From: Bacteroidia bacterium
GTDB taxonomy: Bacteria > Bacteroidota > Bacteroidia > Bacteroidales > VadinHA17
Direction of reading: 5' to 3'
Length of the DNA: 62,185 nt
NCBI GenBank assembly: GCA_026391215.1
Contig: JAPLDX010000040.1
Span: 1-62,185 of the forward strand
The translations under genes were made by a program, and so were the position numbers. The notes below the pieces were generated by a model. It was not told where the DNA came from, searched no databases, and was given only the letters and a program-made list of their open reading frames with translations. Position 1 is the stretch's first letter. Every line of letters starts with the position of its first letter. Shown here in pieces: positions 20,814-31,393 of the stretch.

Positions 20814-22163
20814 CTATTCAAAAAGCTTGTTGAATTCTTCGACGGTGACACTCTTATCCTCGATTTTGACCACCTCTTTTAAATGACCGATGACTTTATC
20901 TTCAAGTATCTTATCGGCAATCCTTTTTGCATCATCTTCCCTTTTCAGGGTTTCTTTTGCATAGTTTGATATCTGCTCGTCGGTAGCATAGAACAATCCG
21001 TACTGCTGAAACTGATACCTGGTTACTGTTTCAGCCTCTTTCTGCATCTCTTCATCGGTGATCTTCACTTCATTGTCCTTTGCCACTTTATTCCTGATCA
21101 GCTGCCACTTAAGATCTTGCCTGAAGGTATCGAATTCCTTATCAACCTGTTCGCTGGTAGTTTTCTCATTTACCTTAAGAAGCCATCTCTTAAGAAAATC
21201 CTCAGGCAGGCTCAGGTCTGTTTTCTCGTTAGTCAGCTTTTTAATATCCTGCATAAGTTTAAATTCACTCTCACGCTTGAGTCCGGAGGAAATTTCTTCC
21301 TCAATTTTTTTCATGAATTCCTCTTCAGAATTTATTACACCTTCACCATAGATCCTGTTAAATAGCTCTGTACCGACTTCTGCAGGATGGAATCTGGTAA
21401 TCTCACGGATTGTAAATCTGAAATTGCCGACAAGGTCCGTTACATCTTCTTTTTTCATTTTCAGGAGGCCGGCAACCTCATTATCATTCGGGAATGCTTT
21501 TTTAAGATCAAAATTGATAGCATCATTTTCATTTTTGCCGATGAATGCCTTTCTGATATCCTCATCCTTGATTATATCAATTGCAAGAGTGGAATCATCA
21601 CTGGCAGGACCCTCCGGTTTTGGATTCTCCTCATTATCGAAGGCTTCAATCTTACCTTTAAGAATATCCTTTTCCTCTGAAACATCAGCTTTTTTAAATT
21701 CTCCGAAACGCCGTGTATAGTTAGCAACATAATCACTCTTCATTTTCTCATCAATGGCTATGTTGTATGAAGTGACTTTATCTTTGTTGCTGATACCAAG
21801 GTTAACGGAAGGAGCCAGGCCAAGTTCAAAAGTAAATGAAAAATCTTCCTGGGTTTCAAAATTTATATTTTCGTGTTCATCGATTTTAGGAAGAGGATCT
21901 CCGAGTATCTCTAGTTTTTCATCGATAAGATATTTACGGATATTCTCCGAAACTGCCTTATTGATCTCATCTATTTTTACAGCATTGCCGTACATTTTCT
22001 TTATGACTCCTATTGGCACCATTCCCGGCCGGAATCCTTTTATATTTGCCTTTTTGCGGTAATCTTTCAGTACATTTTCAACTTTGTCTGCATAATCAAT
22101 TTTTGCGATGTTTACTTTCAGAACTGCATTCAGATCATCGATGTTTTCTCTTGTGATATCCAT
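20814..22163 (-). CDS. tig: Trigger factor (Bacteroidota type)
   Basis: GFRPGMVP ribosome-binding motif, LPEDFLKRWL, position upstream of clpP. Confidence 0.93.
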   Translation of the reverse strand: MDITRENIDDLNAVLKVNIAKIDYADKVENVLKDYRKKANIKGFRPGMVPIGVIKKMYGNAVKIDEINKAVSENIRKYLIDEKLEILGDPLPKIDEHENINFETQEDFSFTFELGLAPSVNLGISNKDKVTSYNIAIDEKMKSDYVANYTRRFGEFKKADVSEEKDILKGKIEAFDNEENPKPEGPASDDSTLAIDIIKDEDIRKAFIGKNENDAINFDLKKAFPNDNEVAGLLKMKKEDVTDLVGNFRFTIREITRFHPAEVGTELFNRIYGEGVINSEEEFMKKIEEEISSGLKRESEFKLMQDIKKLTNEKTDLSLPEDFLKRWLLKVNEKTTSEQVDKEFDTFRQDLKWQLIRNKVAKDNEVKITDEEMQKEAETVTRYQFQQYGLFYATDEQISNYAKETLKREDDAKRIADKILEDKVIGHLKEVVKIEDKSVTVEEFNKLFE

Positions 22164-22239
22164 ATTTCAATTGTTTATTGCCTATTTAAAAAACCGCCAA
22201 AACTCACTATTTAAAGAGGTTGAGGTCGGTTTGATATTC

Positions 22240-22326
22240 TGGTGCGGATGAAGGGACTCGAACCCCCACGTCAGTTATGACACAAGATCCTAAGTCTTGC
22301 TCGGCTACCAATTACGACACATCCGC
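22240..22326 (-). tRNA. tRNA-Leu(TAG) with encoded CCA
   Basis: Reverse complement GCGGATGTGTCGTAATTGGTAGCCGAGCAAGACTTAGGATCTTG...GGTTCGAGTCCCTTCATCCGCACCA: anticodon TAG, long variable arm, TTCGA T-loop. Confidence 0.96.
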
Positions 22327-22340
22327 CTGAAAATTCCCCG

Positions 22341-22348
22341 CAAAAGTA
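22341..22348 (-). promoter_or_regulatory. Bacteroidota -7 box for tRNA-Leu
   Basis: CAAAAGTA on the plus strand = TACTTTTG, 14 nt upstream of the tRNA. Confidence 0.6.
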
Positions 22349-22381
22349 TAGAAAATAACAATAAAAACAAACCGTGCCGGA

Positions 22382-23107
22382 TTACCTGCGAAGCTCAAAA
22401 TTCTTGCCGAGATAAACCTTCCTTACATGCTCGTCTTCAGCAAGTTGTGAAGAGGTTCCCGACATAAGTATCTTCCCCTCAAACAGAAGGTAAGCACGAT
22501 CGGTAATAGAGAGGGTCTCATGCACATTATGGTCGGTAATGAGGATACCGATGTTTTTATTTCTCAGATGAGAGACGATACTCTGGATATCTTCCACTGC
22601 AATGGGATCAACACCGGCAAAAGGTTCATCGAGCAGGATGAATTTTGGTTTAAGGGCGAGTGCCCTGGCAATCTCAGTCCTCCTTCTCTCACCTCCTGAC
22701 AGTTGTATACCCTTGTTTTTCCTTATTTTCTGCAGGCCGAATTCATTCAGAAGCAAATCTACTCTTTCTGCCTGTTCTTTTTTTGGAAATCCCGACAATT
22801 CCAGTACTGCCCTGAGGTTGTCTTCTACTGACAGGTTTCTGAAGACAGAAGCCTCCTGTGCAAGGTATCCGATGCCTTTACGCGCCCGCTTATAAACCGG
22901 CAGAGTTGTGATATCTTCATTATCAAGGAATATTTTGCCTTCACGAGGTCTGATAAGACCTACGATCATATAGAAGGAAGTTGTCTTGCCGGCGCCATTT
23001 GGTCCAAGCAGACCTACAATTTCTCCCTGTTCAACCTCAATTGATACATGATCAACAACAGTGCGGCTTCGGTATTTCTTAACCAGATCTTCGGTATGCA
23101 GTTTCAT
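22382..23107 (-). CDS. lptB: LPS export ABC transporter ATP-binding protein
   Basis: [47 protein letters not shown]. Confidence 0.95.
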   Translation of the reverse strand: MKLHTEDLVKKYRSRTVVDHVSIEVEQGEIVGLLGPNGAGKTTSFYMIVGLIRPREGKIFLDNEDITTLPVYKRARKGIGYLAQEASVFRNLSVEDNLRAVLELSGFPKKEQAERVDLLLNEFGLQKIRKNKGIQLSGGERRRTEIARALALKPKFILLDEPFAGVDPIAVEDIQSIVSHLRNKNIGILITDHNVHETLSITDRAYLLFEGKILMSGTSSQLAEDEHVRKVYLGKNFELRR

Positions 23108-23115
23108 GGGAGGAT

Positions 23116-23979
23116 TTATGATGTTGAAGCAGTTGTCTTATCTGAAACGTTATTATCCATAAATTCATTGTGTTCTTGCTCCCTTCTTTTCATTACTCCT
23201 ACCGAAACGAAAATGCTTATCTCATACAATAATAAAAGCGGAATAGCGACAAGCGTCTGTGAAAAAACATCAGGCGGCGTAATAATTGCTGCGACGATGA
23301 AGATGACCACAATTGCATGCTTCCTGTATTTCCTCATAAAAGCAGGAGTTATTATCCCGATCTTTGTAAGAAAAAATGCAATTATCGGCAGTTCAAAGAC
23401 GACTCCTGTTGCAAGGCATATAGAAGTAAGCGTTCCGATGAATGACCTGACATTTATCTGGTTTACAACAGATTCGCTTATACTGTAGGTAGTAAGAAAG
23501 TGAATTGACAGTGGCGCAAGCAGGTAATATCCGAAAAGAACTCCTGTAAAAAAGAGTAAAGATGATGCGAGCACAGCTCCCTTGGCGTGCTTTGCCTCAT
23601 TGGAATGAAGCGCTGGTCTCAGGAACCTCCAGAATTCATAAATAACAACCGGGAATGCCAGTATAAGTCCGGCAACCAGCGCAACAATAATATGTGTTGT
23701 TATTTGTCCTGACATCTTGATGCTTATCAGGTTAACAGGCTTCTGATTTATGCAAAGCTTTTCGCTCAGGCTGCATAAAAAACGGTTTGTAATAAACTGC
23801 GGATCTTTCGGAGCCAGAATCACTTTATTAAAAATAAAGTCTTTAAAACAAAAGGCGACAATCATGAATACCACAATAGCTATTATTGACCGGATAAGGT
23901 GCCACCTCAGCTCTTCAAGATGTTGAAGAAATGACATCTCTCCTTCGCCCTTCATCCCTTTTTTCCAGTTAAAAGCCAT
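23116..23979 (-). CDS. tatC: Twin-arginine translocase subunit TatC
   Basis: [36 protein letters not shown]. Confidence 0.95.
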   Translation of the reverse strand: MAFNWKKGMKGEGEMSFLQHLEELRWHLIRSIIAIVVFMIVAFCFKDFIFNKVILAPKDPQFITNRFLCSLSEKLCINQKPVNLISIKMSGQITTHIIVALVAGLILAFPVVIYEFWRFLRPALHSNEAKHAKGAVLASSLLFFTGVLFGYYLLAPLSIHFLTTYSISESVVNQINVRSFIGTLTSICLATGVVFELPIIAFFLTKIGIITPAFMRKYRKHAIVVIFIVAAIITPPDVFSQTLVAIPLLLLYEISIFVSVGVMKRREQEHNEFMDNNVSDKTTASTS

Positions 23980-24193
23980 AGGAACAATATTTCCCTTTAA
24001 AATTCAGCGTGTAAAGATGATAAATCTTATTGTCCAAAACAATATTGGGTCTGTTATATGTTGAATATATCAGAAACAAATTTGTTAATAATTTAATAAA
24101 AATAGTATTTGATCAGGAATTTTATTAATTTAGATAGACTGTAAGAAAAGTAAGTTTTTACAGTTTAGTGAATAGAAGTCAGGGGAAGAATAA

Positions 24194-26374
24194 ATGGTAA
24201 GTGATTCGACCATACATGATTATTTAAAGAGGTATTTTGGTTTTGATACATTTAAAGGCAATCAGGAGGATATAATAAAGAATATCCTGGCCGGAAGAGA
24301 TACCTTTGTTCTTATGCCGACAGGCGGAGGAAAATCGCTTTGTTATCAGCTGCCGGCTGTAATGGGTGAGGGAACGGCAATTGTAATCTCTCCGCTGATT
24401 GCGCTGATGAAAAACCAGGTTGATGCCATGCGCAATTTCAGCACAAATGACGATGTAGCTCATTTTTTGAATTCCTCCCTCACAAAAACCGAAATTGCCC
24501 GTGTAAAAAAAGATGTGCTTGAACAGCAGACTAAATTATTATATGTCGCGCCAGAATCACTGACTAAAGAAGAAAATATTGAATTTCTGAAGAATATCAA
24601 AATTTCCTTCTACGCAGTGGATGAAGCTCATTGCATATCAGAATGGGGACATGACTTCAGACCTGAATACAGGCGTATCAGGCCGATTATAGATACTATT
24701 TGCAGGTCTCCTATAATTGCGCTAACAGCTACCGCCACTCCGAAGGTACAGCATGATATCCAGAAAAATCTTGGCATTCTGGAAGCAAATATTTTCAAAT
24801 CATCCTTTAACAGGCCTAATCTTTATTATGAAGTCAAGTCAAAGCAGGATGTCACAAAAGAGATTATAAAGTACATAAAAAACAACTCCGGGAAATCAGG
24901 TATAATATATTGTCTGAGCCGCAAGAAAGTAGAAGAAATGGCTGAAGTGCTGAAAGTCAATGGAATAAAGGCACTTCCGTATCATGCAGGGATGGATTCG
25001 GCAACAAGAACCCAGAACCAGGATAAGTTCCTGATGGAAGAAGCAGATGTAATTGTGGCTACTATCGCATTCGGAATGGGAATCGATAAGCCGGATGTAA
25101 GGTTTGTGATACATTATGATATTCCCAAGAGTCTTGAAGGCTATTATCAGGAAACAGGCCGAGCCGGACGTGACGGCGGGGAAGGAAACTGTATTGCATA
25201 TTACAGTTACAATGATATTCTGAAACTCGAGAAATTCATGCAGGGGAAACCCATAGCTGAGCAGGAAATAGGGAAACAGCTCCTCCTTGAAACAGTATCT
25301 TATGCCGAATCATCTGTTTGCCGCAGAAAGATCCTGCTTCATTATTTTGGGGAAGAGTATCCGAGAGAGAACTGTGAAGCCTGTGACAACTGCCTCCATC
25401 CGAAAGCACAATTTGAAGGCAGTGAATCTGTTGTAAACGTTCTGGAAACAATTCTTGCAGTTAAGGAAAAATTCAAAGCCGATCATATAGCCAACATCCT
25501 TTCCGGGAAAGTAACCTCAGCCATAAAATCTTACAAGCATCATAAGCTTGAGTATTTCGGCATTGGCGAAGAAAAGGATGAAAAATACTGGAATATGGTG
25601 ATCAGACAGGCACTGATTGCTAAATTTCTTACGAAGGATATTGAAAATTATGGATTGCTGAAGCTTACCCAGGAGGGATTGGATTTTCTGAAGAATCCTG
25701 TCTCATTTATGCTTGCCGAAGATCACGACTATGCTGACACGGCTGACGAGGAAAACGCCTTCGGAGCCAAAACGGCAGCTGTTGATGAAGAGCTTTTCAG
25801 CATCCTAAAGGATCTTCGCAAGAAAATATCAAAGCAGAAAGATGTCCCACCGTTTGTAATATTCCAGGATCCCTCGCTCGAGGATATGGCTATACAATAT
25901 CCTATCACTATAGATGAGCTTCAGAATATTTCAGGAGTAGGAGCAGGTAAAGCCCAGCGGTATGGCGCCGAATTCATTGATATTATAAAGAAATATGTCG
26001 AGGAAAAAGAGATTATAAGGCCTCTCGACATGGTTGTCAAATCAGTCGTAAACAAATCAGGTATAAAGGTTTATATTATTCAGAGCATTGATATGAAGAG
26101 GCCTCTAGAGGATATTGCCGAAGCAAAGGGGCTTGAAATGGATGAACTTATATCCGAGATTGAAGCAATAGTAAACTCAGGAACCCGCCTGAATCTCGAT
26201 TATTATATTGATACTATGATTGATGAGGATAGGCAGCATGATATTTATTTATATTTCAGGGAAGAGGCTGAATCAGATTCACTGGAAGAGGCAATCAAGG
26301 AACTGGGGAATGAGTTTGAAGAAGAAGAAATAAGACTCGTCAGGATAAAGTTCCTCTCGGAGATGGGGAACTAA
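24194..26374 (+). CDS. recQ: DNA helicase RecQ
   Basis: MPTGGGKSLCYQ, DEAHCISEWGHDFRP, QETGRAGRDG, zinc-binding CRR..CEACDNC, RQC and HRDC regions. Confidence 0.96.
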   Translation: MVSDSTIHDYLKRYFGFDTFKGNQEDIIKNILAGRDTFVLMPTGGGKSLCYQLPAVMGEGTAIVISPLIALMKNQVDAMRNFSTNDDVAHFLNSSLTKTEIARVKKDVLEQQTKLLYVAPESLTKEENIEFLKNIKISFYAVDEAHCISEWGHDFRPEYRRIRPIIDTICRSPIIALTATATPKVQHDIQKNLGILEANIFKSSFNRPNLYYEVKSKQDVTKEIIKYIKNNSGKSGIIYCLSRKKVEEMAEVLKVNGIKALPYHAGMDSATRTQNQDKFLMEEADVIVATIAFGMGIDKPDVRFVIHYDIPKSLEGYYQETGRAGRDGGEGNCIAYYSYNDILKLEKFMQGKPIAEQEIGKQLLLETVSYAESSVCRRKILLHYFGEEYPRENCEACDNCLHPKAQFEGSESVVNVLETILAVKEKFKADHIANILSGKVTSAIKSYKHHKLEYFGIGEEKDEKYWNMVIRQALIAKFLTKDIENYGLLKLTQEGLDFLKNPVSFMLAEDHDYADTADEENAFGAKTAAVDEELFSILKDLRKKISKQKDVPPFVIFQDPSLEDMAIQYPITIDELQNISGVGAGKAQRYGAEFIDIIKKYVEEKEIIRPLDMVVKSVVNKSGIKVYIIQSIDMKRPLEDIAEAKGLEMDELISEIEAIVNSGTRLNLDYYIDTMIDEDRQHDIYLYFREEAESDSLEEAIKELGNEFEEEEIRLVRIKFLSEMGN

Positions 26375-26424
26375 AGACTAAAGTGGTCCAATGGTCCAAA
26401 AGCGCAAGGGTGCAACGGCAAAAA
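26370..26424. repeat. Short degenerate 7-/8-mer tandem repeats between convergent genes
   Basis: actaaag x2, then ggtccaat ggtccaaa agcgcaag ggtgcaac ggcaaaaa. Confidence 0.5.
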
Positions 26425-26427
26425 AAA

Positions 26428-27531
26428 TCAGATAATTTCAGGAGGATTAAAGTATTCTGATCTGTTCAGGAAATAGAAGATGAGCACTGAAATAATATAA
26501 AAGGGATAGACCAGCTGTGCAGGAAGGAAGAACCATAAAAGGTTCTTTTTTTTATACCGGATTGTCGTATTCCGTAAGATCAGAAAATCAGGCAGAGATT
26601 TCAAAAGAAAGACGGCCAGCAAAACAATCAGAAATACAGGATTAAAAAATACGGAGATTAATAAAAACAACTCAAGAAGAATTGTAACAAAGGTTACAAT
26701 AGCCAGTATTTGGGTATATCTGTCATTATACGAACCGGTCTTTGATATCCATCTGGCCCTCTGCTGCAAAAATGACGATAAGGTTTTAGAAGTTTCTGAT
26801 GTAACCTGAGCATCCGGGGATTCCAGCCACGGGATTTTGTTTCCCTTTTTCCCCTTAACGCTGTGAAGAAGAAAAATATCATCACCGCTGACTTTCTCTT
26901 CATGAAGGTTTGCGGAGTTGAGGTTATAAACTTCTTTAGTGAAAGACAGGTTGGCACCATTGCACATTACAGGATTTCTGCCCATTGCCATACCTGCAGT
27001 TACACCCTGCAGGCTGAGAAATTCAAGTTCCTGGAATCGGTTGAAGAAATCCTTTGTTCCCTCGATGGCAACAGGTCCTAAAATCATTTGAGGTCTGTGT
27101 TCAGAATAAAATGATGAGATTGTCTTTATCCATTTTATTCCCATTCTGCAGTCGGCATCTGTCGTAATAACGAGTTCTCCTGTGCAGGCTTCTATGCCGG
27201 CTTTAATCGACTTCTTTTTACCTGCCCCCGGATTCCTGAGGACTTTAAAGTTCTTTATTCCGGTAAAGCCGGATGCTATCTTGTTTGTTGAGTCAGTTGA
27301 GTTATCATCAATTATGATAACTTCAAACGATTCCGGATTATAATCCTGTGCTGCTATATCTGAAAGGAGGGAGTGGAGGTTCTTCTCTTCATTCTTGCAG
27401 GCAACTATCACTGAAACAAATACTTCTGATGTTTCATGCGGATTGTAAGGTTGGATTTTCTTTAATGACATATATATTTTTGTAAGGAGGAATATATATG
27501 GTATAAGTAAAATAAGGGCAATCCATTCCAT
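26428..27531 (-). CDS. Membrane glycosyltransferase family 2
   Basis: VSVIVACKNE, IIDDNSTD, TTDADC, SGDD, QRARW; TM helices at both ends. Confidence 0.88.
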   Translation of the reverse strand: MEWIALILLIPYIFLLTKIYMSLKKIQPYNPHETSEVFVSVIVACKNEEKNLHSLLSDIAAQDYNPESFEVIIIDDNSTDSTNKIASGFTGIKNFKVLRNPGAGKKKSIKAGIEACTGELVITTDADCRMGIKWIKTISSFYSEHRPQMILGPVAIEGTKDFFNRFQELEFLSLQGVTAGMAMGRNPVMCNGANLSFTKEVYNLNSANLHEEKVSGDDIFLLHSVKGKKGNKIPWLESPDAQVTSETSKTLSSFLQQRARWISKTGSYNDRYTQILAIVTFVTILLELFLLISVFFNPVFLIVLLAVFLLKSLPDFLILRNTTIRYKKKNLLWFFLPAQLVYPFYIISVLIFYFLNRSEYFNPPEII

Positions 27532-27534
27532 AGC

Positions 27535-27984
27535 TCATTTTCTCATCCATTCATAAAAAGAATAATGTTCCGAGCTCATTCCAAGGGCTTCATATGTCTT
27601 TTGTGCACGTCTGTTTTTTGTCTCGACATAAAGCCTTAGTCCGGCAATATTTTGTTCCTCAGCCAATTGCCTGATATGATTGTACATTTTCCTGAAAATA
27701 CCCTGACGTCGGGATTCAGGTATTACATAAACCGACTGGAACCACCATACATTGCAATTTCGCCAATCACTCCACTCATAGGTTATTAGAAGTGATGCAA
27801 TAACTTTTCCACTATCATCCGCAACATAGTACTGTCCCCTGGAAGGATCCTCAAAGACAGCATTCACTCCCGGTGTTACTGTTCCGGGATCAAGAGCCAT
27901 CTCCTCAGTTTCCCATGCCATTTTCAGCTGGAAATCAATGATTGAAGATGCATCAGACGGATTCGCTTTTCGGACTGTTATCAT
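27535..27984 (-). CDS. GNAT family N-acetyltransferase
   Basis: TYEWSDW, SVYVIPESRRQGIF, RLYVETKNRRAQKTYEALG. Confidence 0.88.
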   Translation of the reverse strand: MITVRKANPSDASSIIDFQLKMAWETEEMALDPGTVTPGVNAVFEDPSRGQYYVADDSGKVIASLLITYEWSDWRNCNVWWFQSVYVIPESRRQGIFRKMYNHIRQLAEEQNIAGLRLYVETKNRRAQKTYEALGMSSEHYSFYEWMRK

Positions 27985-28008
27985 AATCTTAAAAATTTGT
28001 TATTAATA

Positions 28009-28037
28009 ACCCACCCCCAGCCCCTCCAGGGAGGGGA
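28009..28037. repeat. Single C/G-tract REP-like unit (copy E)
   Basis: ACCCACCCCCAG-CCCCTCC-AG-GGAGGGG, with the same ACCCACCCCC lead-in as copy A. Confidence 0.7.
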
Positions 28038-28045
28038 ATTGTTTA

Positions 28046-28073
28046 TCTCCCCTTCTCCCTTTCTCCCCCTCTC
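28046..28073. repeat. 8-mer tandem repeat at the carB stop
   Basis: tctcccct tctccctt tctccccc tctc. Confidence 0.6.
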
Positions 28074-31000
28074 ATTTATATTCATCCCAGCTCTTAATAG
28101 CAAGATCATCCTCCTTCAAGCGACAGAAGGCAAGGATGAAAGCGCTGGCGAGCCTGGCATTGGTTATAAGCGGTACATTGAAATCAATTGCGCTTCTGCG
28201 GATAGCATAATCATTATTCAGCTCAGCATCAGTTAGATCCTTAGGAATATTTACAACAAGGTCAACCTCACGGTTTCTGATAAGCTCAACTGTATTCGGG
28301 GATTTATCTTCATCGGGCCAGTATGCCACATGCGCCTCGACGCCGGCATTTTGGAGGAACTGCTGTGTTCCCCTTGTTGCATATAGTTTATGGCCTCTTT
28401 CCCTGAGAGCTTTTGCACTGTTCAGGAGCTCAACCTTCGAACGGGCTGGACCTGTTGAAAGAAGAATGCTCTTAACCGGTACCCTGTAACCCACTGAGAA
28501 CATAGCCTTTAGAATTGCCTCATAGAATCCCTCGCCTATGCAGCCTACCTCGCCTGTTGAAGACATATCGACTCCAAGAACAGGATCAGCTTTTGCAAGC
28601 CGGGAGAAACTGAACTGAGGAGCCTTTACACCGACATAATCAAGCTCGAACACCGACTTGTGCGGCTTCTCTGCAGGAACGCCAAGCATCACCTTTGTGG
28701 CAAGCTCAATCAGGTTCGTTTTAAGTACTTTAGAGACGAAAGGCATGCTACGGCTCGCGCGTAGGTTGCATTCAATCACTTTAATATCATTATCCCTTGC
28801 AAGGTATTGTATATTAAAAGGACCGGTTATATTAAGCTCTTTTGCTATCTGGCGGGAGATGCGCTTTATTCGCCTGACTGTTTCAAAATAGATCTTCTGT
28901 GGCGGAAATACTATCGTTGCATCACCGGAATGGACTCCGGCAAACTCTACATGTTCGCTTATAGCATAGGCAAGGATATCACCCTCCCTTGCAACTGCAT
29001 CTATTTCAATCTCCTTTGCATTCTCAATGAATTCAGATACCACTACAGGATACTGCTTGGAGACCTGGGAGGCAAGTTCGAGAAAATGAGTAAGCTCATT
29101 CCTGTTTGAAACCACATTCATGGCAGCCCCAGAAAGAACGTACGATGGACGAATGAGCACAGGGAAGCCTATTCTATCGACAAACTCAAAGATATCCTCT
29201 ATTGATGAAAGCTCCTTCCATCTTGGCTGGTCAACAGAAAGATTGTCGAGCATCCTGGAGAACTTGTGCCTGTTCTCAGCTCTGTCAATTGACAGCGGCG
29301 AAGTTCCAAGTACGGGAACATTCTCCCTGAAGAGTCTCATTGCTAGATTATTTGGTATCTGTCCGCCTACAGATACAATAACTCCTCCCGGATTTTCAAG
29401 GTCAATAATGTCGAGGACTCTTTCAAAGGTAAGCTCATCGAAGTAGAGCCTGTCGCAGATGTCGTAATCAGTGCTCACGGTTTCAGGATTATAATTGATC
29501 ATTACCGACCTGAATCCCTCTTTCCTGATGGTATCGATGGCATTTACCGAACACCAATCGAATTCGACACTGGAACCGATCCTGTATGCTCCTGAACCCA
29601 GGACTATTATTGATTTCTTGTCATTTTCATATACGATATCATGTTCGGTTGCGCTATATGTTAAATAAAGGTAATTGGTAACAGCCGGGTACTCTGCTGC
29701 GAGGGTGTCAATCTGCTTTACATAGGGAATTATACCAAGAAGTTTCCTGAGATTTCTGACTTTAAGGAGGTCTTCATTGATATTTGCCGGATCTGATTCC
29801 AGAACATGCCTGGCTATCTGGAAATCACTGAATCCGTTTATTTTGGAATGAGCAAGAAGATCAGGAGGAATAGTTTCAAGAGATTTACATTTACACAGTT
29901 CATCCTTTATATTTATTATATTTCTGAGCTTGAAAAGAAACCATTTATCGATCCTGGTGAGCTCATGTATCCTATCGATGGACATTCCCTTTTCCAATGC
30001 TTCAGCAATTGAGAATATCCTCATATCGGTAGGTTCTGCAAGCTCTTTTTCTATCTCCCTGAATTTAAGCTCACGGTTGCCTGTGAAACCGTGCATTCCC
30101 TGTCCGATCATCCTGAGGCCTTTCTGTATGGCTTCCTCGAAATTCCTTCCTATCGACATCACTTCGCCGACGCTCTTCATGCTGCTGCCTATTGCATGTG
30201 AGACACCTTCAAATTTATTGAGATCCCAGCGCGGTATCTTGCATACGATATAATCCAGAGCCGGTTCAAAACAGGCTGTAGTTGTTTTTGTCACTGAATT
30301 CTTAAGCTCATGAAGTCCATAACCTATACCGAGCTTGGCAGCTACAAATGCAAGCGGATAACCTGTTGCTTTTGATGCCAATGCGCTGGAACGGGAGAGC
30401 CTGGCGTTAACTTCGATCACGCGGTACTCTTCTGAATCAGGCGACAAAGCAAATTGGACATTGCATTCTCCCACTATACCTATATGCCTGATTATCCTTA
30501 TTGAGAGCTCCCGCAATTTATGGTATTCGTTGTTTGTCAGCGTTTGAGAAGGTGCAACCACAATGCTCTCTCCGGTATGTATTCCCAGGGGATCGAAATT
30601 TTCCATGTTACAGACAGTGATGCAATTGTCGTACTTGTCGCGAACTACCTCATATTCAACTTCTTTCCATCCTTTAAGCGACTCTTCCACCAGGATCTGG
30701 CCAGTATACGAAAATGCCTTTGCTGCGAGAGCTTTAAGTTCATCCAGGTTTGATGCAAAACCGCTGCCCTGTCCGCCAAGGGTATATGCAGCCCTTATTA
30801 TTACCGGGAATCCTAGTTTTTCTGCAGCATCAAGAGCATCATCAACGCATGATACCGCAATACTTCTGGGTGTTTTCACATCTATTTCATCCAGCTTCTT
30901 TACAAAAAGCTCGCGGTCCTCAGTGTCCATGATGGCAGTCACCGGAGTGCCAAGCACTTTTACTTTGTACTTTTCAAATATGCCTGCCTTGAATAATTCA

Positions 31001-31293
31001 GTTCCGCAGTTGAGAGCAGTCTGACCTCCGAATGAAAGAAGAATACTATCAGGCCTCTCCTTTATTATGACTTTTTCAACGAAATAGGGTGTCACAGGAA
31101 GAAAGTAGATCTTACCGGCAAGCTCTTCTGATGTCTGAACCGTTGCAATGTTGGGATTAATCAGTACTGTTTTTATTCCTTCTTCTTTCAGGGCCTTAAG
31201 TGCCTGTGATCCTGAATAATCGAATTCACCCGCTTCACCTATCTTCAACGCACCGGAGCCTAGGATTACTACCTTTTTAATCTTATCTGTCAT
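28072..31293 (-). CDS. carB: Carbamoyl-phosphate synthase large subunit
   Basis: GEAGEFDYSG, NPNIATVQT, GIHTGES, EVNARLSRSS, NYNPETVSTD, GVHSGDA; duplicated ATP-grasp plus MGS domain. Confidence 0.97.
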   Translation of the reverse strand: MTDKIKKVVILGSGALKIGEAGEFDYSGSQALKALKEEGIKTVLINPNIATVQTSEELAGKIYFLPVTPYFVEKVIIKERPDSILLSFGGQTALNCGTELFKAGIFEKYKVKVLGTPVTAIMDTEDRELFVKKLDEIDVKTPRSIAVSCVDDALDAAEKLGFPVIIRAAYTLGGQGSGFASNLDELKALAAKAFSYTGQILVEESLKGWKEVEYEVVRDKYDNCITVCNMENFDPLGIHTGESIVVAPSQTLTNNEYHKLRELSIRIIRHIGIVGECNVQFALSPDSEEYRVIEVNARLSRSSALASKATGYPLAFVAAKLGIGYGLHELKNSVTKTTTACFEPALDYIVCKIPRWDLNKFEGVSHAIGSSMKSVGEVMSIGRNFEEAIQKGLRMIGQGMHGFTGNRELKFREIEKELAEPTDMRIFSIAEALEKGMSIDRIHELTRIDKWFLFKLRNIINIKDELCKCKSLETIPPDLLAHSKINGFSDFQIARHVLESDPANINEDLLKVRNLRKLLGIIPYVKQIDTLAAEYPAVTNYLYLTYSATEHDIVYENDKKSIIVLGSGAYRIGSSVEFDWCSVNAIDTIRKEGFRSVMINYNPETVSTDYDICDRLYFDELTFERVLDIIDLENPGGVIVSVGGQIPNNLAMRLFRENVPVLGTSPLSIDRAENRHKFSRMLDNLSVDQPRWKELSSIEDIFEFVDRIGFPVLIRPSYVLSGAAMNVVSNRNELTHFLELASQVSKQYPVVVSEFIENAKEIEIDAVAREGDILAYAISEHVEFAGVHSGDATIVFPPQKIYFETVRRIKRISRQIAKELNITGPFNIQYLARDNDIKVIECNLRASRSMPFVSKVLKTNLIELATKVMLGVPAEKPHKSVFELDYVGVKAPQFSFSRLAKADPVLGVDMSSTGEVGCIGEGFYEAILKAMFSVGYRVPVKSILLSTGPARSKVELLNSAKALRERGHKLYATRGTQQFLQNAGVEAHVAYWPDEDKSPNTVELIRNREVDLVVNIPKDLTDAELNNDYAIRRSAIDFNVPLITNARLASAFILAFCRLKEDDLAIKSWDEYK

Positions 31294-31309
31294 TTGCCGG
31301 ATTTGAGAT

Positions 31310-31317
31310 CAAAAATA
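31310..31317 (-). promoter_or_regulatory. Bacteroidota -7 box for carB
   Basis: CAAAAATA on the plus strand = TATTTTTG, 16 nt before the carB ATG. Confidence 0.55.
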
Positions 31318-31337
31318 ACACAATTTTTTTATCGGGA

Positions 31338-31368
31338 TTTGTATTATTTAAAAAAATGAATATATTTG
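31338..31368 (+). promoter_or_regulatory. Bacteroidota -33/-7 promoter for argR-argG-argH
   Basis: TTTG (31338-31341), 19-nt spacer, TATATTTG (31361-31368). Confidence 0.7.
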
Positions 31369-31393
31369 CAAGATAAATGAATAAATATGCAAA
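31355..31393. promoter_or_regulatory. Tandem ARG boxes (ArgR operator)
   Basis: AATGAATATATTTGCAAG (31355-31372), 3-bp spacer, AATGAATAAATATGCAAA (31376-31393); consensus WNTGNATWWWWATNCANW. Confidence 0.85.

Noticed and set aside
22188-22232. Terminator between tRNA-Leu and tig
   Set aside because: An A-tract and AAACCG/CGGTTT arms are present, but the stem is too imperfect to call.
22240-22326. tRNA-Leu as an integration site
   Set aside because: It is flanked by core genes (lptB, tig), with no integrase and no duplicated tRNA 3' end seen.
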